A DNA stretch of 64,000 nucleotides from Heteronotia binoei (Eukaryota): positions 26,288,001-26,352,000 of the forward strand of contig NC_083236.1 of NCBI RefSeq assembly GCF_032191835.1, written 5' to 3'. The notes beneath the pieces are model-generated. The model was not told the DNA's origin, did not search any database, and saw only the letters and a list, made by a program, of their open reading frames with translations. The position numbers and the translations under genes are program-made. Below are positions 57,692 to 64,000 of the stretch, in pieces; positions within the stretch are counted from its first letter, which is position 1, and each line of letters starts with the position of its first letter.

Positions 57692-57918
57692 TCTGGAGGC
57701 CTTGCGCTTCCCAGAATGCTCTTTGCAGACTCCATCTCTGTCATTTGACTTTAGCCCCTCTGTTCCTTCTGGAGGCCTTGCATTTCCCAGAATGCTCTCT
57801 GCAGACTCCATCTCTGTCATTTGACTTTAGCCCCTCTGTTCCTTCTGGAGGCCTTGCATTTCCCAGAATGCTCTCTGCAGGCTCCATCTCTGTCATTTGA
57901 CTTTGGCCCTTCCGTTCC
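57692..57918. repeat. 76-bp minisatellite, 3 copies
   Basis: tctggaggccttgc...gcccctctgttcct starts at 57692, 57768 and 57844 with few substitutions. Confidence 0.95.
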
Positions 57919-58582
57919 AAGGAGAGCCAGAGGGCTGGTGCAAGGGAAGCGACCCTATTTGGAGCTGGCTCCTCATTCTACACTGAGAGCCCCAGGTGCC
58001 AAGTACGCCTGGCATGTTAATTGGCAGTGACAGTTCATTTTATTATTTCACATGTCTTTATTGATGTCAGGCGGGTGACTCGATGCGAAATGAAGGTCAA
58101 ACTATGTCCTGGGAAACTTCCACCCCTGCTCTGGCAAGGGTGTGATGCACCATGATCAAGATGAGCCCTTCCATTGCTAGAGAGGGGCCTTGGCTATTGC
58201 TGCCTAAATCCCCACTTGCTGCTTCCACAGAGTCTTTTCCCAATCGAGATAGCACTATGACAAGTGATAAAGCATGCAGAATTTTGAGAATCTCTGCTTT
58301 TGTATCAGCATCTGCTATACAGGAAAACAAAGACAAATCTATTTTATAAACTTGAGCTGAGAGACTTCTGATGGCTTCCAGTTTGGAGACATACATGCTC
58401 AATCCAGCTTCTGGTCCCTGACCACCTGCTTTCTCCACCCCCTTTTAACCCATAATATTATTTAGAAATCTGACCACAGTCGCAATGGCTCCAAGCATTT
58501 ATTTTGCCTCATGGCAGCAACAATGACAAAAGGGCAGGGCTGCTTGAACTCACTCTGGTTTATTTACATAGATATTACATAG

Positions 58583-58860
58583 AGAGCCAGTTCGGTGTAG
58601 TGGATTTTGTGCACAGACTCTTATCTGGGAGAACCGGGTTTGATTCCCCACTCCTCCAAATGCACCTGCTGATGTGACCTTGAGTCATTCACAAGTTCTC
58701 ACACAGTTGTTCCTCTCAAGAGCAGTTTCTGTCAGAGCTCTCCAACTCCCCCCACCTCACAGGGTGTCTTTTGTGGGGAGGGGAAGGAGATTGTAAACTG
58801 TTCTGAGACTCCTTTGAGTAGTGAAAGGTGGGGTATAAATTCAATCTTCTCTTCTTTTTC
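58583..58860 (+). mobile_element. Squam3-like SINE (long variant), full length
   Basis: agagccagttcggtgtagtgg head, gggtttgattccccactcc B box, CT-rich tail. Confidence 0.8.
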
Positions 58861-58934
58861 TTTCTCCTCCTTGGAGAAAAGCAGGATATAAATGTTTAAA
58901 TGCAATAAAATAAACACATAGAGTCACTTTATAC

Positions 58935-59108
58935 CAAGCCAGCCATCTTTCTATCAAGGTTAATACCGTCTGCTCTGACTGGCATCAGCTCTGCAGGGTC
59001 TCAGGACTTTCCTACCATCTAACAGATGATTCTTTGAACTGGAGTTACCAAGGATTGGACCTGCAACCTTCTGCAAGCAAAACAGAGCCTGTGTCGCTGA
59101 GCCATGGG
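58935..59108 (-). mobile_element. Squam2-like SINE
   Basis: gactggcatcagctctgcagggtctcagg...accttctgcaagcaaa...gctgagccat, the reverse complement of the family. Confidence 0.65.
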
Positions 59109-60284
59109 CTCTCCTACTGCTTCTCAGAAGAGTTAAAGCCTTCCACACGAGAGGAAGTCCAGACCCAAGTGTCCATTCTCAACTAATGTAGGTAGAGCAG
59201 AAATACAACTTTGCACAAAATAAGTGTGACAATTTTAAACCAGGGGAATCTTTTATTCTGCTTTTTCTCCAAGGCATTCAAGGTGGTGGTGACGGGGGGA
59301 GGGGATCCTAAGGCAGTCCTCTACAAAGCACAGACTGTCTGCTTTAGCATCATCAAAGTTGCTGCATTGTGTATGTTTGAAATTAAGTCTTTGGGTAGCC
59401 ATAGAGTACCATGACCAGTTAAACTCAAGTTTGTCTTTGCAACTTAAAAAAAAATTATTTAGTTAGTTCATTTTTATTCCGCCCTTTCCCAGATGGGCTC
59501 AGGGTGGATAACATTTAAAAACAGCAATTAAAACCAATCAAAGTAGACAATACAATTTGGCAGTTCAGTTGGGCACATCATAATATATTAAACATAGATA
59601 GTATAAAATCAGTATTGCAGCAGAGGTGGTGTCGTAGCATATGGTCAGCCGATGGTTTGCTTAACCCACAAAATTCAAGAGTATTCATGAACAGCAAATG
59701 GTGAAAACAATTCAAATTATGACATCTACCTAAATTCAGAATTTTTGCAGACGGAGTCAAAGGAGGAAGATTTGCTTGAGAATTCAGCTTTGTTGTCATT
59801 GCCACCATTTCAATAAATTTCAGGTGTAATTGAATGTGATGCCTAGCAAATTGAATGTGATGCCTAGCTGGGCACATGGGGATTTTTTATGCTGGGGAGT
59901 CAGCTGCCATTGACTTTTCATTCCAGTCATTTTGTTGACTTGCTGCAATACAGCCCAGATGGTGACTCTTGAAAAAAAAAAAAAAATCGCCCAGAAGTAG
60001 GTTGAAAGCAGCCGGGTGAGTCAGTCTGAACCAACTGGGCAGCCTTTACCAGAAAAATTATCTCTCCCAAACTAGGCACTTTGGTTCTGGAATATTTAAA
60101 TTGCAGATTAATTTAGGATAGACCACAGACAGCAAATTTCTGCAAATGGACTCTCTCCTTACAGACCTGATGACCTTTGTAAGGGAGAATGTGGAATAGA
60201 TTTAACCCAATTAAAAATAACAAGATTTCTTTTTCATAGGATGAATTACTCAATTAAGACAATTCCCTCTGAAGGAAACTGAGA

Positions 60285-60825
60285 GTCGGTGTGGTGTGAG
60301 AGCCAGTGTGGCATAAATATGGCTAGAGAGTCAGACCAGGATCTGGGCAACCCAGGTTCAAATCCCCACTCTCCCATGGAAGCTTGCTGGGTGACCTTGG
60401 GCCAGGCACATGGTCTCATCCCTAATCTACATTAGGGATAAAACAAAGGAAAACAGTATAATCCTCTTTGCGAGAAAGGAAAAAAAAATTAGTAAAGGTA
60501 GTCCCCTGTGCAAGTACCAGTCATTTCCGATTCTAGGGTGACGTTGCTTTCATGTTTTCACGGCAGACTTTTTTTTATAGGGTGGTTTGGCAATACCTTC
60601 CCCAGTCATCTACACTTCCCCCCCAGCAAACTGGGTACTCATTTTACTGACCTCGGAAGGATTCAAGGCTGAGTCAACCTGGAGCCGGCTACCTGAACCC
60701 AGCTTCCACCGGGATCGAACTCAGGTCATGAGCAGAGCTTAGGACTGCAATACTGCAGCTTTACCACTATGCACCACGGGGCTTTTGGGAGAAAGGCAGG
60801 GTATAAACGAAGTAAATTAAAAAAA
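60285..60825 (+). mobile_element. Squam3-like SINE split by a Sauria SINE
   Basis: Head and core at 60285-60479; tail cagggtataaacgaagtaaat resumes after 60796. Confidence 0.7.
60480..60783 (-). mobile_element. Sauria SINE, full length
   Basis: aaaggtagtcccctgtgcaag...ctgggtactcattttactgacctcggaagg...gggatcgaactcagg; 13-bp TSD tttg(c/g)gagaaagg. Confidence 0.88.
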
Positions 60826-62793
60826 AGAATGAAGACACATATCCTTTGGGAAACACAATTGTTCTGACACCAGTTCTGTCCGATTCTGAGTAAGAAAAGA
60901 GGCACTTTTCCTATGCAGTGCTCCATACCATGTATCCTGCAATAGCAATAGTAACAGACTCTGCCAGTTATTTGCAACCTACCTGCTGATTTTGCATAAT
61001 TTATTTTGCTTCCAAAAACCATGGTTACATGATTAAGATAAAAGGGCATAGCAACTGGGAGAAATGGGCAAAGGAATTAAAGCCAACCTGGAACAGGAAA
61101 GTGGGGTAAGGTCACAAACCAGCTAGGAAACGGATGGGGAGAGCTCATCCTATTAACTGATGCAGTCCAAAGATTAATGCAAGCTGTCAACAATTCAGTC
61201 AGAATAGAGCTAAACTGATGTTGTGTGTAAACAGGATGTTATCTAGCTAAGCTGTAACAAATTAGAAGCCGATAAAGTTTTCCAGGGCTAGAGTGGGTGG
61301 TGTTTTAGTATAATGCTGTGATCTGTAGTCTTGTCATTGGCTGATCAATACATTCGTTTGAAGATGTGCTGTTGGTCATGCATGCACTAGTTTGATATTG
61401 TATGGCAAAATTTCCTGTCTTTGTTCTAAAAGTTGTGAGCAGAGACAGAACTGCCATCTTTAGCTTGTAATCATTTAACTGTTAAGAAGTAGCTCTGAAA
61501 GCTAGATTGTATTTCTTTTTCTCTGAATGTATCCCCTTTCCATTTTCTAGATAAAAATCACTTTCACTTTAAAGCTGAAACACACACCAAATGGCTCTTA
61601 TTTATTTGCTCTGCTTAATTTACACAAGTGGAGCCCGTAAAGCTACCAAAACATCTTGCTGCTGAGCCAGGAGAGGGGCAGAGGGAGGACTGCAGGTCAG
61701 ATCTTACAAGGGCTTCCTTAGGGGAAGTATTTACTGCCTACTTGGTAGCCATGGGCACCTTGCAGTGACAGCTTCAGTTTGGTGGCTGAGTCCATGTGAG
61801 TTGCCTTTTGACTATCTGGTTGATGCACAGGACCCTGCCTGTGTTGTCATTGTGCACCTCCACAGGCAGTAAAAGTGAGCAAATGGGAGGCACAGGCTTT
61901 GCCATTAGAAGGAAGCAAGAAGAAAAATACTGAGTGTCCCACACAGGTTGGTGGTTGTTGTGTCCTGGGGCCATTCGGCAGGGTTCCTCAGGTGGACAGG
62001 TCTCCAGGATGCAGATATTATTAGATGTGGAGCACTCCCAAAGCCCCAGAATTCAGGCAGAGGGTGGTTTATCCACCAGAGTCCCTCTCACCCATCATAA
62101 CCTCTCTCCCCTGGCTGGCTTGACATTCTCTCTCAGTCTGCAGATGCCTGCCAGACTTCTGAGAGTCTCACACTCTTCCTCTCCAGCTTGGGCTTCTCTT
62201 TAAATATCTGCCATCCCATCCTCCCCCTAAGATAGCTGACTCCCCCACCCCACAGGTGTTGTGGTGTTAGTGTGGCCTAAAGTGTCGGAGAATATGCCTG
62301 GTGTTTAGTATCCAAGCAGATTCCATGGCGAGCGTGGCAGGGTGTGCCTTTGCCTCCTTTGGTAGCTCCTCCAACTCCATGGAAGACCTCTGTCTTCTCT
62401 GTGGCCCCTTGCATCTTTTCCCAGTGTTTGTGCCTGAGACCTCCAAGATTCCTCCCAGTAGCTGCTCATCTGTGTTGGGGGTCAGGTCTTGACCCAGTTG
62501 GCCCCCCACCTCCTGTTTGCTCCAGTAAGAGGAGGGGGTTCCACCCTTCCTGTCTGGGGACCTCCTGAATCCCTAGGTCTGAAGGAGGCATTGGAGTCCA
62601 GTAATGTTCGGCTCCTGTGAACTGTTATGATGGCCTACAGTGGGAGAGCACAGCCTAAGGGTGGTAGTGGTGGTCATGAACAGTTGATTATTCTTGTTTC
62701 TTAGGGAGATCAGCTAGACACAGGCCACTGGCTCCACAGTGCCCATGCAAAGACTCATTTATGCCCGATTCAACCTTTGAGAACAAAGATTGG

Positions 62794-63137
62794 CAGGGCC
62801 GGATTAACAATTAGGCCAAGTAGGCACTGGCCAATGGGCCCCCATGCCTTTAGGGGCCTCGGGCCAGCTCTCCCCCTCCATTTTTCCTCCCAGCCCACAT
62901 GCACAGCCAGCAACTGAGCTGTTCTCTGCCCGACTTGCCTGGTGCAGCTGCTGCTGGTGGCGGCGCCAAGTTTGCCTCTCTCTGCGTCTCCCCCACAGCT
63001 TAGTAAAAGGGGCTTTTAAGAAGGTGCCTGCAGGTTATGGCAGGGCAGGTGCTTTGACTCTGAGATGATTTGTGAGGGGGGGGGGCCAAGATTTCGACTG
63101 CCTAGGCGGGGCCTCCACAGGGTTTGTTCCAGCACTG
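62794..63137. mobile_element. Non-autonomous hAT element
   Basis: cagggccggattaa left end, degenerate right end ttgttccagcactg; perfect 8-bp TSD aagattgg. Confidence 0.8.
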
Positions 63138-63914
63138 AAGATTGGTGAGTCACCTAAGGCAGCAGCAGCCAAAAGTCTGTTCCAGCAAGCGAAGCTGTCA
63201 CTTCAGCACTTTGGACAGATCCCCAGAGAGCTAGGGTCTGTTGCGCCTTGGGCAGCCTCTAGCTTTGGTGCTCAAGACTTTGTGACGCTTTAGTTTGTAT
63301 AACTGTGGTCCAGTTTGGGAGAACATGGCCACAAAGGAAGAGCCATTAGCACTGAAAGGGGGCTTAATTAATGGCCTCTGATAATGATGTCTTAGCTGTG
63401 CAATCCTCTCCCAGTAACAGAACTCTGGGCATGGACCTATGATAACACACATTATTACTGCCAGCAAGGAAGTCCAATGTTGGACTCTCCCTGCCAAGAA
63501 GCTGTTGGACCTTGCCTTGACAAATCCACTCTCACCCTCCTTTCCCCCCCTGTGCCTCCTCAAAGGTCTGTCCCAGCTGCAAAGGCTGGAATTCCTTGTT
63601 CTAGTCTCCTCCAGCTCTTCAGGTACTTGACCTGACTCTGATAGGTTATTTCTCTGTGTGGCTGCACATATCCTGACCAGGACAGCAACAGGAGCTCTGG
63701 TTGATGTCACCTGCACCAGAAATCACTCTGTTCATCAGGCCTCTCTCCCCTCCTTCCTCTTGAGTCAGCTCTGCACGGATGACTCAGCCCAAGAGCTGCT
63801 TTTACTTCACTGCTCTATTCATCTGCTGGAGGGTAGAATGAGGAGCTCCCTTTGGTTTCCTTCAACCCTAAGCACGCTGCCTTTGAATATTTCCTATCTC
63901 TCTCTCACTTCTGA

Positions 63915-64000
63915 AGTGCCATCAAGTCACAGCTAATGAATGGCAACCTCAGGCTTTCAAGGCAAGTGAGAAGCAGAGGTGGTTTGCCATTGCCTTCCTC
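63915..64000 (-). mobile_element. Sauria-type SINE tail, continuing past the window edge
   Basis: tgccatcaagtcacagct...gaggtggtttgccattgccttcc is the reverse complement of the tail at 35240-35340. Confidence 0.7.

Noticed and set aside
57692-57918. CRISPR-like periodic repeat
   Set aside because: Units are contiguous with no unique spacers, there are no cas genes, and the context is a spliced vertebrate locus.
58097-58520. 113-aa ORF with faint L1-like words (also 33650-33830 and 14167-14900, L1- or DIRS-like)
   Set aside because: The similarity is too weak to call by eye; it would need a profile-HMM search.
63231-63716. 161-aa minus-strand ORF (and LLDLALTN on the plus strand)
   Set aside because: No recognisable domain; isolated words resemble CR1 motifs but the flanking motifs are absent.
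53310-64000. NDRG4 exons expected downstream by synteny
   Set aside because: No recognisable NDRG-family coding sequence or CpG island in this interval.

Overview
Vertebrate (eukaryotic) genomic DNA. The repeat content (Sauria-type, MIR-derived and 5S-headed SINEs, young L2, CR1, Penelope termini, many hAT MITEs) points to a squamate reptile, probably a gecko; this is inference. Four spliced genes were reconstructed by hand from GT-AG boundaries and recognisable protein sequence, in the order I recall for human 16q21. (1) CSNK2A2, minus strand: coding exons 1-4 only, the gene continues left of the window. (2) CFAP263/CCDC113, plus strand: 9 coding exons, 397 aa, complete. (3) PRSS54, minus strand: 5 coding exons, a pseudo-protease whose start codon is problematic. 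(4) GINS3, plus strand: 3 exons, 213 aa, complete. CSNK2A2/CFAP263 are head-to-head on one CpG island, CFAP263/PRSS54 are tail-to-tail with 403 nt between stops, and PRSS54/GINS3 are head-to-head near a second CpG island. Almost all entries in the ORF track are shadow ORFs or exon read-throughs. No CRISPR, true tRNA or true rRNA gene was found. The most unusual signals are: (a) a dispersed Penelope-like terminal repeat family carrying a minimal hammerhead-ribozyme motif, with the best-preserved copy on the sense strand of a PRSS54 intron; (b) two reading-frame oddities in PRSS54; (c) a head-to-head pair of 5S-derived SINEs forming a long intronic hairpin; (d) a twin-priming-like inverted L1 junction. 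All identifications are from reading the sequence and from recalled protein and repeat motifs; no database search was run.
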